A stretch of 64,000 nt of DNA from an uncultured Candidatus Rokubacteria bacterium (GTDB lineage: Bacteria; Methylomirabilota; Methylomirabilia; Rokubacteriales; CSP1-6): NCBI GenBank assembly GCA_963771355.1, contig CAVYTA010000007.1:736001-800000 (forward strand). The letters are read 5' to 3'. Below, piece after piece: positions 8,935 through 19,627 of the stretch (position 1 is the first letter of the stretch; each line of letters starts with the position of its first letter). The notes below the pieces were generated by a model. That model saw nothing but the letters and a program-made list of their open reading frames with translations, was not told the origin of the DNA and did no database searches. A program made the position numbers and the translations under genes.

Positions 8935-10731
8935 ATGGCCGAGTCCGAAGAAGATCGACATTTGAAGCTGGCCGGGGAGTTCGACTGCCTCCCCGAGCCC
9001 CTGCCCACGCTTCGCCACTCGACCTCGCACGTGATGGCGCAGGCGGTGAAGCAGCTCTTCCCCGACGTGCGCGTGGCCATCGGCCCCGCCATCGAGGACG
9101 GCTTCTACTACGACTTCGCCAAGGCCACGCCGTTCACGCCGGAAGAGCTCGAGAAGATCGAGGCGCGGATGCGCGAGATCGTGAAGAAGGACTTGCCCTT
9201 CGCGCGTGAGGAGTGGTCGCGGGAGCAGGCGATCCGCTGGTTCGAGGAGCACGGAGAGCCCTTCAAGGTGGAGATCCTCCGCGGGCTGGACGTGCCCACG
9301 GTGTCCGTGTACAAGCAGGGGGACTTCCTCGACCTCTGTCGCGGCCCGCACGTGGCGTCTACGGGATCGCTCCGGGCCTTCAAGCTCCTCTCCTCCTCGG
9401 GCGCCTACTGGCGCGGGGACGAGAAGAATCCCATGCTCCAGCGCATCTACGGGACGGCCTGGCTGACCCAGGAGGAGCTGGACAAGCACCTGTGGCGGCT
9501 CGACGAGGCGAAGAAGCGCGACCACCGCAAGCTCGGGCGCGAGCTGGACCTCTTCGACTTCTACGACATCGCGCCCGGCGCGCCGTTCTGGCTGCCCGGC
9601 GGAATGATCCTCGTGCGCGAGCTCGAGCGCTTCGCGCGCGAGTCGCTGGACGCGCGCGGCTATCAGGAGATCGCGACGCCGCTGCTCGTCAACAAGAAGC
9701 TCTGGGTGCAGTCGGGGCACTGGGACCACTACCAGGACAACATGTTCAAGCTGGACGTCGAGGGCGAGGTCTTCAGCCTCAAGCCCATGAACTGCCCGGA
9801 GTCCTCCTACGTCTACAAGCGCGCCCTCCGCTCCTATCGTGACCTGCCGATCCGCTACTCGGAGATGGGCCGCTGCCACCGCAACGAGCGGTCGGGCACG
9901 CTCTCGGGCCTGGTGCGGGTGCGCCAGTTCACCCAGGACGACGCCCACATCTACTGCCGGCCCGAGCAGCTCCAGGCGGAGATCGCGGATCTCCTCGCGC
10001 TCGTCCGGGAGTGGTACGGCGTCTTCGGGCTCCCGCCCTCGTACCGGCTGGCCACGCGGCCGCCCGACAAGCTCGGCACCGACCAGCAGTGGGACGCCGC
10101 CGAGGACGCGCTCCACCAGGCGATGCGGTCCAACGGCCTCGCCTACGATCTCGACAAGGGCGGGGGCGCGTTCTACGGCCCCAAGATCGACATCGACGTG
10201 GAGGACGCGCTGGGCCGCCAGTGGCAGCTGGCCACCATCCAGGTGGATCTCACCATGCTGCCCGAGCGCATGCAGTGCGAGTTCATCGACACGGACGGCC
10301 AGCCCAAACGGCCGGTGGTGATCCATCGGGTGATCTTCGGCTCCTACGAGCGCTTCGTGGCCATCCTGACCGAGCACTTCGCGGGGGCGTTCCCGACCTG
10401 GCTGGCCCCCGTGCAGGCGCGCGTCCTGCCCATCAGCGAGAAGCACGCCGAGTACGGCCGGGCGGTGCACGCCAAGCTCCGGGCGGCGCGCATCCGCGCC
10501 GAGCTCGACGACCGCAACGAGAAGCTCGGCTATCGCATCCGGGACGCCCAGGTGCGCAAGGTCCCGTACACACTGGTCGTGGGCGAGCGCGAGGCCCAGA
10601 ACGGCACCGCCAGCGTCCGGGCCCGCGGCGGCGAGGACCTCGGCGCGCTCCCGCTGGAGCGTGTCCTGGAAGATCTGCGCGCCGAAATCGGTAGTCGGTC
10701 CGCCACCCTCAACGTGGGGCAAGCCACCTGA
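8935..10731 (+). CDS. thrS: Threonine--tRNA ligase (short N-terminus, no TGS domain)
   Basis: RHSTSH, DLCRGPH, RDHRKLG, KPMNCP, FYGPKID motifs. Confidence 0.97.
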   Translation: MAESEEDRHLKLAGEFDCLPEPLPTLRHSTSHVMAQAVKQLFPDVRVAIGPAIEDGFYYDFAKATPFTPEELEKIEARMREIVKKDLPFAREEWSREQAIRWFEEHGEPFKVEILRGLDVPTVSVYKQGDFLDLCRGPHVASTGSLRAFKLLSSSGAYWRGDEKNPMLQRIYGTAWLTQEELDKHLWRLDEAKKRDHRKLGRELDLFDFYDIAPGAPFWLPGGMILVRELERFARESLDARGYQEIATPLLVNKKLWVQSGHWDHYQDNMFKLDVEGEVFSLKPMNCPESSYVYKRALRSYRDLPIRYSEMGRCHRNERSGTLSGLVRVRQFTQDDAHIYCRPEQLQAEIADLLALVREWYGVFGLPPSYRLATRPPDKLGTDQQWDAAEDALHQAMRSNGLAYDLDKGGGAFYGPKIDIDVEDALGRQWQLATIQVDLTMLPERMQCEFIDTDGQPKRPVVIHRVIFGSYERFVAILTEHFAGAFPTWLAPVQARVLPISEKHAEYGRAVHAKLRAARIRAELDDRNEKLGYRIRDAQVRKVPYTLVVGEREAQNGTASVRARGGEDLGALPLERVLEDLRAEIGSRSATLNVGQAT

Positions 10732-10755
10732 GCCCCGCCACCAAGGAGCCGCGCG

Positions 10756-11271
10756 ATACAGCCTAAAGACATTCGCGTCAACGAGGGGATTCGGGTCCGC
10801 GAAGTCCGCGTGGTGAGCGATACCGGGGAGCAGCTGGGGATCCTGCCGATCGCGCAGGCCCTCGATCTGGCGCGGCAGAAGGAGATGGATCTGGTGGAGG
10901 TGGCGGCGGAGGCGGTGCCGCCGGTGTGCCGGATCATGGACTTCGGGAAGTACAAGTACACGCAGGCGCGACGCCAGAAGGAAGCGCGGAAGAAGCAGAC
11001 GGTGATCCTCGTGAAGGAAGTCAAGCTGGGGCCGAAGACGGACACGCACGACTTCGACTTCAAGGCCAAGCACGTGCGGCGGTTCATCGAGGAAGGCAAC
11101 AAGGCCAAGGTCACGGTGCGCTTCAAGGGGCGCGAGATGGCGCACACCGAGCTCGGCTGGAAGATGCTCAACCGGATGCAGGAGCTGATGTCGGACCTGG
11201 CGGTGGTGGAGAGCCACCCTCGGATGGAAGGCCGCATGCTCAGCATGATCCTTTCGCCGAAGGCACACTGA
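10756..11271 (+). CDS. infC: Translation initiation factor IF-3, non-canonical ATA start
   Basis: AAGGAG RBS at 10743, then ATA CAG CCT AAA GAC ATT CGC GTC AAC GAG in frame with PPVCRIMDFGKYKY. Confidence 0.93.
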   Translation: MQPKDIRVNEGIRVREVRVVSDTGEQLGILPIAQALDLARQKEMDLVEVAAEAVPPVCRIMDFGKYKYTQARRQKEARKKQTVILVKEVKLGPKTDTHDFDFKAKHVRRFIEEGNKAKVTVRFKGREMAHTELGWKMLNRMQELMSDLAVVESHPRMEGRMLSMILSPKAH

Positions 11272-11280
11272 GGAGTCGAG

Positions 11281-11478
11281 ATGCCGAAGATCAAGACGAA
11301 GCGGTCGGCGCGCAAGCGCCTGAAGGTGACGGGCACCGGCAAGCTCATGCGGCGGCAGGGGTGGAAGCGCCACATGCTGGAGGCCAAGTCCCCCAAGCGC
11401 CGGCGGAAGCTCCGCGCGCCCGCGCTCGTCAGCAAAGCGGACGCGCCGCGCCTCCGGGCGCTGGTTCCTTACCTGTAG
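11281..11478 (+). CDS. rpmI: 50S ribosomal protein L35
   Basis: MPKIKT..KR.K.TGTGK; synteny. Confidence 0.97.
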   Translation: MPKIKTKRSARKRLKVTGTGKLMRRQGWKRHMLEAKSPKRRRKLRAPALVSKADAPRLRALVPYL

Positions 11479-11493
11479 GAGAGGAGTCACACC

Positions 11494-11853
11494 ATGCCAC
11501 GGGCAAAGGGCGGGTCCAAGACCCGCCAGCGCAGGAAGAAGGTTCTCAAGCAGGCGAAGGGCTACTGGGGCGGCCGGCGGCGGCTCTATCGCCCGGCCGC
11601 GGAGACGGTCCTGCGCGCGGGTGTCTTCGCCTACAAGGGACGCAAGCAGAAGAAGCGGCGCGCGCGGGCGCTCTGGATCATTCGGGTCAATGCCGCCTGC
11701 CGCACGCTCGGACTGTCCTACTCGGTGTTCATGAACGGCCTCAAGAAGGCGGGGGTGGCGCTGGATCGGAAAATCCTCGCCGAGCTGGCCGTCCACGACC
11801 CCACCGCCTTCGCGAAGCTGGCGGAGACGGCGCGAGCGGCAGGCCGCGCCTGA
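11494..11853 (+). CDS. rplT: 50S ribosomal protein L20
   Basis: [25 protein letters not shown]. Confidence 0.97.
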   Translation: MPRAKGGSKTRQRRKKVLKQAKGYWGGRRRLYRPAAETVLRAGVFAYKGRKQKKRRARALWIIRVNAACRTLGLSYSVFMNGLKKAGVALDRKILAELAVHDPTAFAKLAETARAAGRA

Positions 11854-11855
11854 GC

Positions 11856-12896
11856 GTGGCGCCGGACCCTCGGGTCCAGCAGATTCGTGATCGGGCCCTG
11901 GCGGATATCGCTGGGGCCCGCACCACGTCCGACCTCGAATCGTTCCGGGTTCGTGTCCTGGGGCGATCGGGGGAGCTGACCGCGCTCCTCCGCTCGCTGG
12001 GCTCGCTGCCGGCGGCGCAGCGGCCGCTGGTGGGGGCCCAGGCCAACGAGGTCAAGGCCGAGCTCGAAGCTGCGCTCGAGGCAAGGGTGGTGGCGCTCAA
12101 GGACGACGAGCGCCGCCGCGCGCTCGCCTCCGAGCGCGTGGACCTGACGCTGCCGGGACGCTTTCCCGCTCCCGGCTCCCTCCATCCCCTCACGCAGGTG
12201 CAGGACGAGATCATCGAGATCTTCGAGGGGCTGGGCTTCTCGGTGGCGGAGGGTCCGGAGGTCGAGAGCGACTACTACAATTTCGGGGCCCTCAATTTCC
12301 CCGACGACCATCCCGCCCGCGACATGCAGGACACGCTCCACGTGTCGGGGGGCGCGCTGCTGCGGACCCATACCTCGCCGGTGCAGATCCGCACCATGCT
12401 GGCCCGGCGCCCGCCCGCGCGCACGATCTCTCCGGGCAAGGTCTATCGCCGCGACCTCACCGACGCCACCCACTCGCCGATGTTCCACCAGGTCGAGGGG
12501 CTGGCGGTGGACCGGCACATCACCATGGCCGATCTCAAGGCCACCCTCGAGCTCTTCGCCAAGCAGATGTTCGGCTCGCGCTCGCGCTTGCGCTTCCGGC
12601 CGTCCTTCTTCCCGTTCACCGAGCCGTCCGCGGAGGCGGATGTGCTGTGCTTCAAGTGCGGCGGTGACGGCTGCCGCTTCTGCAAGCAGGGCGGCTGGCT
12701 CGAGATCCTCGGCTCGGGGATGGTGCATCCCAACGTGCTGCGCAACGTAGGCTACGATCCGGAAGAGGTCACCGGCTGGGCTTTCGGCATGGGCGTGGAG
12801 CGCATCGCCATGCTCAAGCACGAGGTGGACGACATCCGCCTCTTCTTCGAGAACGACCTGCGCTTCCTCAATCTGTTCGCCCCGGGGGCGCGGTGA
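11856..12896 (+). CDS. pheS: Phenylalanine--tRNA ligase alpha subunit
   Basis: HPARDMQDT, LRTHTSPVQIR, FPFTEPS, GMGVER. Confidence 0.97.
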   Translation: MAPDPRVQQIRDRALADIAGARTTSDLESFRVRVLGRSGELTALLRSLGSLPAAQRPLVGAQANEVKAELEAALEARVVALKDDERRRALASERVDLTLPGRFPAPGSLHPLTQVQDEIIEIFEGLGFSVAEGPEVESDYYNFGALNFPDDHPARDMQDTLHVSGGALLRTHTSPVQIRTMLARRPPARTISPGKVYRRDLTDATHSPMFHQVEGLAVDRHITMADLKATLELFAKQMFGSRSRLRFRPSFFPFTEPSAEADVLCFKCGGDGCRFCKQGGWLEILGSGMVHPNVLRNVGYDPEEVTGWAFGMGVERIAMLKHEVDDIRLFFENDLRFLNLFAPGAR

Positions 12897-15325
12897 AAAT
12901 CTCCTATCGCTGGCTGCGCGAGTACGTCGACACGGATCTTCCGCCCGCGCAGCTCGCCGACCGCCTGACCAATGCCGGGGTGCCGGTGGAAGGCCTCACC
13001 CCCGTGGTGGAGGGCCTGTCCGGCGTGGTGGTCGGCGAGATCGAGGCCATCGAGCGGGAGCTGGGCGAGTCGCGGCCCGGTCACCACAATCGCCTCTGCC
13101 GCGTGGCCCTGCCGGACCGCAAGCTCTCGGTGATCTGCGGCGCGCCCAATGCCGTGCCGGGGCTCCGCACCGCGGTGGCCCCGCCGGGCGCGACTCTGCC
13201 CGGCGGCCGCGCCATCACCGCCGCCACCATTCGCGGCACGCGGTCCGAGGGCATGCTCTGCTCCGAGAAGGAGCTGGGCATCGGCGAGGACGGCGCCGGC
13301 ATCCTCGCGCTGCCCGCCGACGCGCCGCTGGGCGCGGATCTCATCACCTACCTCGGCCTCGACGACACCATCTTCGAGATCGAGATCACCCCGAACCGCC
13401 CCGACGTGCTCTCCATCGTGGGAGTGGCGCGCGAGGTCGCCGCGCTGACCGGCGCGCCCTTCCGCTATCCGCAGGTGACGGTGAAGGAGGGCGAGCCGGA
13501 TGTGGCCGCCCTCGCCGCGGTGGAGATCGCCGATCCGGACCTCTGCCCGCGGTACGCCGCGCGCGTGATCACCGGTCTCACCGTGAAGCCGTCGCCGCCC
13601 TGGCTGGCCCAGCGCCTGCGCGCGGTGGGACTCCGTCCCATCAACAACGTGGTCGACGTGACCAACTACGTGCTCTGGGAGCTGGGCCAGCCGCTGCACG
13701 CCTTCGATCGCGACCGCCTCAAGGACGGCCGCGTGGTCGTGCGCCGCGCCCGGCCCGCCGAGCGCCTCACCACGCTGGACGGGCGGGAGCGCGCCCTGAC
13801 CCCGGATATGCTGATGATCTGCGACGCCGAGCGGCCGGTGGCGGTGGGCGGGGTCATGGGTGGGGCCGACTCGGAAGTGCGGCTGGAGACCAGCACGGTA
13901 TTGCTGGAGAGCGCCCACTTCAATCCGGGGTCCATTCGCCGGACGTCCAGGGCGCTCGGGCTGTCCAGTGACGCCTCCTATCGCTTCGAGCGCGGCACGG
14001 ACATCGACGGCGTCATCCCGGCGCTGGATCGCGCGGCGTATCTCATGGCCGATCTGGGCGGGGGCACGGTGGCCCGCGGCGTGATCGACGTGTATCCCGC
14101 CCCGCGCCCGCATCCCCGCATCGCGCTCCGCCTCGAGCGGGTGGAACGCGTGATCGGCGCGGCGCCGCCGCGCGCCGAGGTGGTGCGCATCCTCCAGGCG
14201 CTGGGCTTCGCGGTGGACGACACCGCCCCCGCGCTGCAGGTCGTGGTGCCGAGCTTCCGCCGGGACATCGTCCAGGAGGACGATCTCGTCGAGGAGATCG
14301 TCAGGATCTGGGGCTATGACCGCATCCCGCTCATCCTGGCCGGGGGCGGGGAGCTGGCGCCGGTGACCCGACCGGCGGGGCTGCGCGTGACGCGCGTGGC
14401 GTCGCGCGCCCTGGTCGACGCCGGGCTCGCGGAGTGCATCACGTATGCCTTCGTGGACCCCGCGCGGCTCAAGATCCTGGGGTGGGATGATCCCGCCCGG
14501 CTGGTGACGCTCCAGAACCCGCTGTCCGCGGAGCGCTCGGTCATGCGTCCGTCCCTCCTGCCGGGACTTCTCGAAGTCCTCGCCACCAATGTCCACCGCC
14601 AGAGTCCCGACGTGCGGGCCTTCGAGGTGGGGACGATCTTTTCGCCGCATCGGGAATCGGACGGCGATCGTCCCGCGCACGAGGAGCTCTGGCTCGGGCT
14701 GGCGCTCACCGGGCTTCGCGCGCCGCGCGCCTGGCATGCGGGGCGCGAGCGGGTCGACGTGTACGACGCCAAGGGCATGGCCGAGCTGGGGCTGGCCGCC
14801 GCGGGCGCGCCCGGTGCGGCGACGGAGCCCTGGGCGCCGGGTCAGGAGCCGGCCTATCTCGAGCCGGGCCGGTCGGCACGGCTCGTGCGGGACGGGGTGG
14901 ACCTCGGCTGGTTCGGCGAGGTGAGCGCGCGCGTGCGCGAGGCCTATGATCTGGACGCGCCGGTCTTCGCCGCCGGCATCGCGCTGGGCGTGCTCGCGGC
15001 GCGGCCTGCCGCCGTTCCGCGCTATGCCCCGCTCCCGCGCTTCCCCGCCGTGCAGCGGGACCTCGCGCTGGTGGTGGCGGACGACGTGACGGTGGCCCAG
15101 ATCGAGGCCGCCATCCGCGGCATGGACATCCCGTGGCTCGCGCGCGTGCAGCTCTTCGACGTCTATAGTGGGAGCCAGGTGGGGGCGGGCCGGCGGAGCC
15201 TGGCCTTCGGCCTCACCTTCCAGGCGCCCGACCGGACGCTCACGGATGCCGAGGTGAACGAGCAGCACGCCCGCGTCGTCCGCGAGCTTGGACGCCGCTT
15301 CGGCGCCGAAGTGCGAGGGGGTTGA
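12893..15325 (+). CDS. pheT: Phenylalanine--tRNA ligase beta subunit
   Basis: ICGAPN, ITPNRPD, PINNVVDVTNY, RFERG, FDVYSG. Confidence 0.97.
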   Translation: MKISYRWLREYVDTDLPPAQLADRLTNAGVPVEGLTPVVEGLSGVVVGEIEAIERELGESRPGHHNRLCRVALPDRKLSVICGAPNAVPGLRTAVAPPGATLPGGRAITAATIRGTRSEGMLCSEKELGIGEDGAGILALPADAPLGADLITYLGLDDTIFEIEITPNRPDVLSIVGVAREVAALTGAPFRYPQVTVKEGEPDVAALAAVEIADPDLCPRYAARVITGLTVKPSPPWLAQRLRAVGLRPINNVVDVTNYVLWELGQPLHAFDRDRLKDGRVVVRRARPAERLTTLDGRERALTPDMLMICDAERPVAVGGVMGGADSEVRLETSTVLLESAHFNPGSIRRTSRALGLSSDASYRFERGTDIDGVIPALDRAAYLMADLGGGTVARGVIDVYPAPRPHPRIALRLERVERVIGAAPPRAEVVRILQALGFAVDDTAPALQVVVPSFRRDIVQEDDLVEEIVRIWGYDRIPLILAGGGELAPVTRPAGLRVTRVASRALVDAGLAECITYAFVDPARLKILGWDDPARLVTLQNPLSAERSVMRPSLLPGLLEVLATNVHRQSPDVRAFEVGTIFSPHRESDGDRPAHEELWLGLALTGLRAPRAWHAGRERVDVYDAKGMAELGLAAAGAPGAATEPWAPGQEPAYLEPGRSARLVRDGVDLGWFGEVSARVREAYDLDAPVFAAGIALGVLAARPAAVPRYAPLPRFPAVQRDLALVVADDVTVAQIEAAIRGMDIPWLARVQLFDVYSGSQVGAGRRSLAFGLTFQAPDRTLTDAEVNEQHARVVRELGRRFGAEVRGG

Positions 15326-15336
15326 CGGGGGGGCCC

Positions 15337-15558
15337 ATGGCGGACAGTCTGGTCCAGCGGCTGGAGCAGCTCGAGCAGTCCATCAAGCGCGCGGCGGAGG
15401 TGATCGCGCGCCTTCGCCTCGAGCGCGACGCGCTCAAGGCCAGGATCGACGGGTTCGAGACGGAGCGGGCCGAGCTGCGCACGCTGAAGCAGGAGCGCAA
15501 GGACGTGTTGACGCAGGTCGATGCGATCCTCCGGGAGCTGGACAAGATCGAGCTGTAG
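15337..15558 (+). CDS. ZapB-like coiled-coil cell division protein
   Basis: Short coiled coil directly upstream of zapA. Confidence 0.65.
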   Translation: MADSLVQRLEQLEQSIKRAAEVIARLRLERDALKARIDGFETERAELRTLKQERKDVLTQVDAILRELDKIEL

Positions 15559-15567
15559 GAGGGTCTG

Positions 15568-15864
15568 ATGGCCGAGCCCAGGCGGGTGGACGTCGAGGTT
15601 CTCGGGCAGCGCTATGCCATCCGGAGTGACGCGCCGCCGGACTATGTGAAGCAGCTGGTGTCGTACGTCGAGAAGCGGGTGAAGGAGATCCGGGGTGACA
15701 CCCCCGGGCAGGATCCGACCAAGCTGCTGGTCCTGACCGCGCTCGACATCACCGACGAGCTCTTCCGTCTCCGCGAGGAGCATGGCCAGGGTGATGTGGA
15801 CGTCACCGCGCGGCTGGGGCAGCTCATCAAGCTGCTCGACTCCGTGGCCCCGCCCACGCGCTGA
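15568..15864 (+). CDS. zapA: Cell division protein ZapA
   Basis: VEVLGQRYAI..LVLTALDITDELF. Confidence 0.9.
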   Translation: MAEPRRVDVEVLGQRYAIRSDAPPDYVKQLVSYVEKRVKEIRGDTPGQDPTKLLVLTALDITDELFRLREEHGQGDVDVTARLGQLIKLLDSVAPPTR

Positions 15865-16002
15865 GCGGCACGCGAGGGGCCCGGGGGGGGACCGCGGGGG
15901 ACGGGTGGCGCGTCGCGTCCAAGGCCGCGATCTCGGCTAGCGACTTAGGGGGGCTAGCGACTTAGGGCTTGACGGTAGGCGGGGCGGGAGGGTACACAGA
16001 GA

Positions 16003-16178
16003 CAGCCCTGCGCTGTGCGTGATGTCGGGGGGAAGTTTCAACCTCGTTTACACGCAGGACGCCGTGCAAGAGGGTGGTGCGCATGCCCCTCGTTGAGGGG
16101 AAGCCTGAAGCCCTCCTTTTGGCGCCCACCTGGTACATACCAGGTTCGAAACACCGTCGGCACACGGCAGAGGTGGGG
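16003..16178 (+). ncRNA. ssrS: 6S RNA (SsrS), boundaries approximate
   Basis: Long imperfect hairpin (CCCTGC..TGTG / CACACGGCAG) with central bubble, between zapA and rny (a common 6S location); TTGACG at 15969. Confidence 0.75.
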
Positions 16179-16253
16179 CACGCTACGCTCTCCGATCGGC
16201 CCATTCGGGCCGATCGTGCCGTCCTTCAGGAGACCGGCCGCGGCGCCGTTACA

Positions 16254-16283
16254 TTGACTTTGCGCCTCGGCAGGCAGTATACT
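16254..16283 (+). promoter_or_regulatory. sigma70-type promoter of the rny operon
   Basis: TTGACT-18-TATACT. Confidence 0.65.
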
Positions 16284-16363
16284 TCTCCAAATTTCGCGGC
16301 TATTTGCCGCGCGTGTCACTGAGAATACACAATCCGTCCGGGGTTCCCCGGAAGGAGAGACCG

Positions 16364-17962
16364 ATGGATTTGATGCTGCTCCTCCTCCCTCTCGTTGCCA
16401 TCCTCGCGTTCCTCGTCGGGTACCTCGGGCAGAAGATCACCACCGTCCGCACCATCGGCGATGCCGAGTCGCGCGCCCGTCGCATCGTGGAGGACGCCAA
16501 GCGCCACGTGGACCAGGCCGCCCGCGACGCGGAGGCCAAGGCGCGAGAAGCCGAGGCCCGGATTCGCGCGTCCGAGCTCGAGGTCAAGGAGTCCGCCCTG
16601 CGTGGCCGGGCCGAGCTGGAGCAGGAAACCCGGTCCCGGCAGAAGGAGATCCAGGAGATCGAGCGCCGGGTGGCCCAGCAGGAAGAGCAGCTGGGCCGCC
16701 GGATGGACCTCCTCGACCGGCGGGATCATGATTTCCAGAATCGGGAGAAGAGCCTGGGGGACCGGGAGCGGCGCCTCACCGAGACGGAAGCCCGGCTGGC
16801 CAACGCGCTCGACGAGCACCGGCGCAAGCTCGAGTCCATCGCCGGCCTGACCGCGGAGGAGGCCCGGCGCCAGCTCATGGCCCAGGTGGAGGTCGAGATC
16901 CGACGCGAGGCCCAGCTCCTGGGCATGCGGCTCGAGGAGGAGGCGCGCGAGACCGCCCACGTCAAGGCCAAGGAGGTGCTCGCCACCACCATCCAGCGCC
17001 TCGCCCCCGAGTACACGGTGGAGACCGCGGTGTCCATCGTGGACCTCCCCTCCGACGACATGAAGGGGCGCATCATCGGACGCGAGGGCCGCAACATCCG
17101 GGCGCTGGAGCTCCACACCGGCGTGGACCTCATCGTGGACGATACCCCGGAAGCAGTCCTCATCTCCGCCTATGATCCCTACCGCCGCGAGATCGCGCGG
17201 CTGGCCCTCCAGAAGCTCGTCGCCGACGGCCGCATCCACCCGGCGCGCATCGAGGAAGTGGTGGAGAAGGTCAAGAAGGACATGGAGGAGCACCTCAAGG
17301 AGGAGGGCGAGAAGGCCTGCTTCGAGGTGGGCGTGCATGGTCTCCACCCCGAGCTGGTGAAGCTCGTCGGCCGGATGAAGTTCCGCACCTCCTACGGCCA
17401 GAATTGCCTCCAGCACTCCAAGGAAGTGGCGTGGCTGGCCGGGATGATGGCGGCCGAGATCGGCGCCGACGTCAAGCTCGCCAAGCGCATGGGGCTGCTC
17501 CACGACATCGGCAAGGCGCTGACCCACGAGCAGGAGGGGAGCCATCCCGAGCTGTCGCTCATGGTGCTGACCAAGTACAACGAGTCGCCCCAGGTCATCA
17601 ACGCGGCCCTGTGCGGCCACGAGAACGTGGAGCCGGAGACCATCGAAGCGACCTTGACCGAGGCCGCCGACGGCATCTCCGCGGCGCGCCCGGGCGCCCG
17701 CCGTGACGTGCTGGAGAGCTACATCAAGCGCCTGGCCAAGCTGGAAGAGATCGCCATGTCCTACAAGGGCGTGGAGATGTGCTACGCGATCCAGGCGGGG
17801 CGCGAGCTGCGCATCATGACCAAGTCCGAGCAGATCTCCGACCTCGACGCGCATCAGCTCGCCAAGGACATCTCCAAGCGCATCGAGGCCGAGATGCAGT
17901 ACCCCGGCCACATCAAGGTGGTGGTCATCCGCGAGACGCGCGCGGTGGAAGTGGCGAAGTAA
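16364..17962 (+). CDS. rny: Ribonuclease Y
   Basis: N-terminal TM and coiled coil, KH ([13 protein letters not shown]), HD (LLHDIGK), AIQAGRE. Confidence 0.97.
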   Translation: MDLMLLLLPLVAILAFLVGYLGQKITTVRTIGDAESRARRIVEDAKRHVDQAARDAEAKAREAEARIRASELEVKESALRGRAELEQETRSRQKEIQEIERRVAQQEEQLGRRMDLLDRRDHDFQNREKSLGDRERRLTETEARLANALDEHRRKLESIAGLTAEEARRQLMAQVEVEIRREAQLLGMRLEEEARETAHVKAKEVLATTIQRLAPEYTVETAVSIVDLPSDDMKGRIIGREGRNIRALELHTGVDLIVDDTPEAVLISAYDPYRREIARLALQKLVADGRIHPARIEEVVEKVKKDMEEHLKEEGEKACFEVGVHGLHPELVKLVGRMKFRTSYGQNCLQHSKEVAWLAGMMAAEIGADVKLAKRMGLLHDIGKALTHEQEGSHPELSLMVLTKYNESPQVINAALCGHENVEPETIEATLTEAADGISAARPGARRDVLESYIKRLAKLEEIAMSYKGVEMCYAIQAGRELRIMTKSEQISDLDAHQLAKDISKRIEAEMQYPGHIKVVVIRETRAVEVAK

Positions 17963-17965
17963 GCG

Positions 17966-18763
17966 GTGACGAAGCCTCTGACCGTTCTCTGCGTGGGGGA
18001 TGTCTTCGGCGATCCCGGTCGCCGCGCGGTGCACACCCTCCTGCCCAAGCTCCGCAAGCAGTACGAGGTGGATCTGGCGGTGGTGAACGTCGAGAACGCC
18101 GCCGCCGGCTACGGGGTGACGCCCGAGATCGCGCGCGCCTTCCTCTCCGACGGCGTGGACGTGATGACCTCCGGGAACCATACCTGGGACCGGAAGGAGA
18201 TCATCGAGTACATCGTGAAGGAGAACCTCCTCCTCCGTCCCGCCAACTATCCGCTGGGGACACCCGGCGCGGGCTCGGTGGTGGTGAAGGCGGGGCCGCA
18301 CAAGGTCGGAGTCCTGAACGTGATGGGCCGGGTATTCTTCCCCCAGCATCTGGACTGCCCCTTCCGCAAGGCCGACGAGGAAGTGGCGCGCCTGCGCCAG
18401 GACACGCCGATCATCGTGGTGGACGCCCACTGCGAGGCGACGTCGGAGTCGCAGGCGCTCGGGTGGTATCTCGACGGGCGGGTGAGCGCGGTGGTGGGCA
18501 CCCATCGCCACGTGCAGACCGCGGACGAGCGCGTGCTCACGCAGGGGACGGCCTACATCACGGATCTCGGCATGACCGGGCCGGTGGATTCGGTGATCGG
18601 CGTGGACCCGGAGCTGGCCATCGGCCGGTTCCTCACCCAGATGCCCAATCGCTTCGTGCCCGCCAAGGGGCCCGTCGCGCTGCACGGCGTGGTCATCCGC
18701 ATCGATCCGGAAACCGGCAAGGCCCTCGGGATCGAACGCCTCCGGGTCCCCGCTCCCGCCTAG
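17966..18763 (+). CDS. ymdB: YmdB/TIGR00282 metallophosphoesterase
   Basis: GDVFG, NVENAAAG, TSGNH, GTHRHVQTAD; follows rny. Confidence 0.92.
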   Translation: MTKPLTVLCVGDVFGDPGRRAVHTLLPKLRKQYEVDLAVVNVENAAAGYGVTPEIARAFLSDGVDVMTSGNHTWDRKEIIEYIVKENLLLRPANYPLGTPGAGSVVVKAGPHKVGVLNVMGRVFFPQHLDCPFRKADEEVARLRQDTPIIVVDAHCEATSESQALGWYLDGRVSAVVGTHRHVQTADERVLTQGTAYITDLGMTGPVDSVIGVDPELAIGRFLTQMPNRFVPAKGPVALHGVVIRIDPETGKALGIERLRVPAPA

Positions 18764-18775
18764 CCCCCGCCGCCC

Positions 18776-19627
18776 TTGATTCTCGACGGCAAGGCGGTCG
18801 CGGCGAAGGTCCTGGCCGAGGTCAAGGCCGGCGCCGCGGCCTACCGGGATCGAACTGGTGCGCCCCCCACCCTCGCGGTCGTCCTCGTGGGCGAGGATCC
18901 CGCCTCCGCGCTCTACGTCCGCAGCAAGAAGAAGGACGCGGAAGAGGTGGGCATCGCCTCGCGCGACTTCCTCTACCCCGGCGGGTGCTCCCAGTCGGAG
19001 CTGCTCGCGACGATCAAGTCGATCAACGCGGATCGCGGCATCCACGGCGTCCTCGTCCAGCTCCCCCTGCCCAAGGGGCTCAACGAGGACGAGATCATCG
19101 CCGCCATCGCCCCCGAGAAGGATGCCGACGGCCTCCACCCGATGAGCCTCGGCCATCTGCTCGCGGGCAAGCCGACCATGGTCCCGTGCACGCCCGCCGG
19201 CTGTCTCGAGATCCTCGACCACTACGGCATCCCGCTCGAGGGCGCGGAAGCGGTGGTGGTGGGCCGCTCGCGACTGGTGGGCAAGCCGCTCGTCCAGCTC
19301 CTCGTGGCCCGCCACGCCACCGTGACCACCTGCCACACGCGCACGCGGGATCTCGCCGCGCACTGCCGGCGCGCCGACATCCTCTGCGTGGCCGCCGGCC
19401 GAGCCCGCATGATCACCGGCGACATGGTGAAGGACGGGGTGGTGGTCATCGACGTGGGGACTAATCGGTTGGAGACGGGGAAGTTGGCGGGCGACGTGGA
19501 CTTTGCCTCCGTGAGCCCCAAGGCGCGCGCCATCACGCCCGTGCCGGGCGGGGTCGGCCCCATGACGCGTGCCATGCTCATGCGCAACACCCTCCGCGCC
19601 GCCCAGCGGCAGGCCGGCCTCGTATGA
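18776..19627 (+). CDS. folD: Methylenetetrahydrofolate dehydrogenase/cyclohydrolase
   Basis: ILDGK, VQLPLP, PCTPAG, GRSRLVGKP, TPVPGGVGPMT. Confidence 0.96.
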   Translation: MILDGKAVAAKVLAEVKAGAAAYRDRTGAPPTLAVVLVGEDPASALYVRSKKKDAEEVGIASRDFLYPGGCSQSELLATIKSINADRGIHGVLVQLPLPKGLNEDEIIAAIAPEKDADGLHPMSLGHLLAGKPTMVPCTPAGCLEILDHYGIPLEGAEAVVVGRSRLVGKPLVQLLVARHATVTTCHTRTRDLAAHCRRADILCVAAGRARMITGDMVKDGVVVIDVGTNRLETGKLAGDVDFASVSPKARAITPVPGGVGPMTRAMLMRNTLRAAQRQAGLV

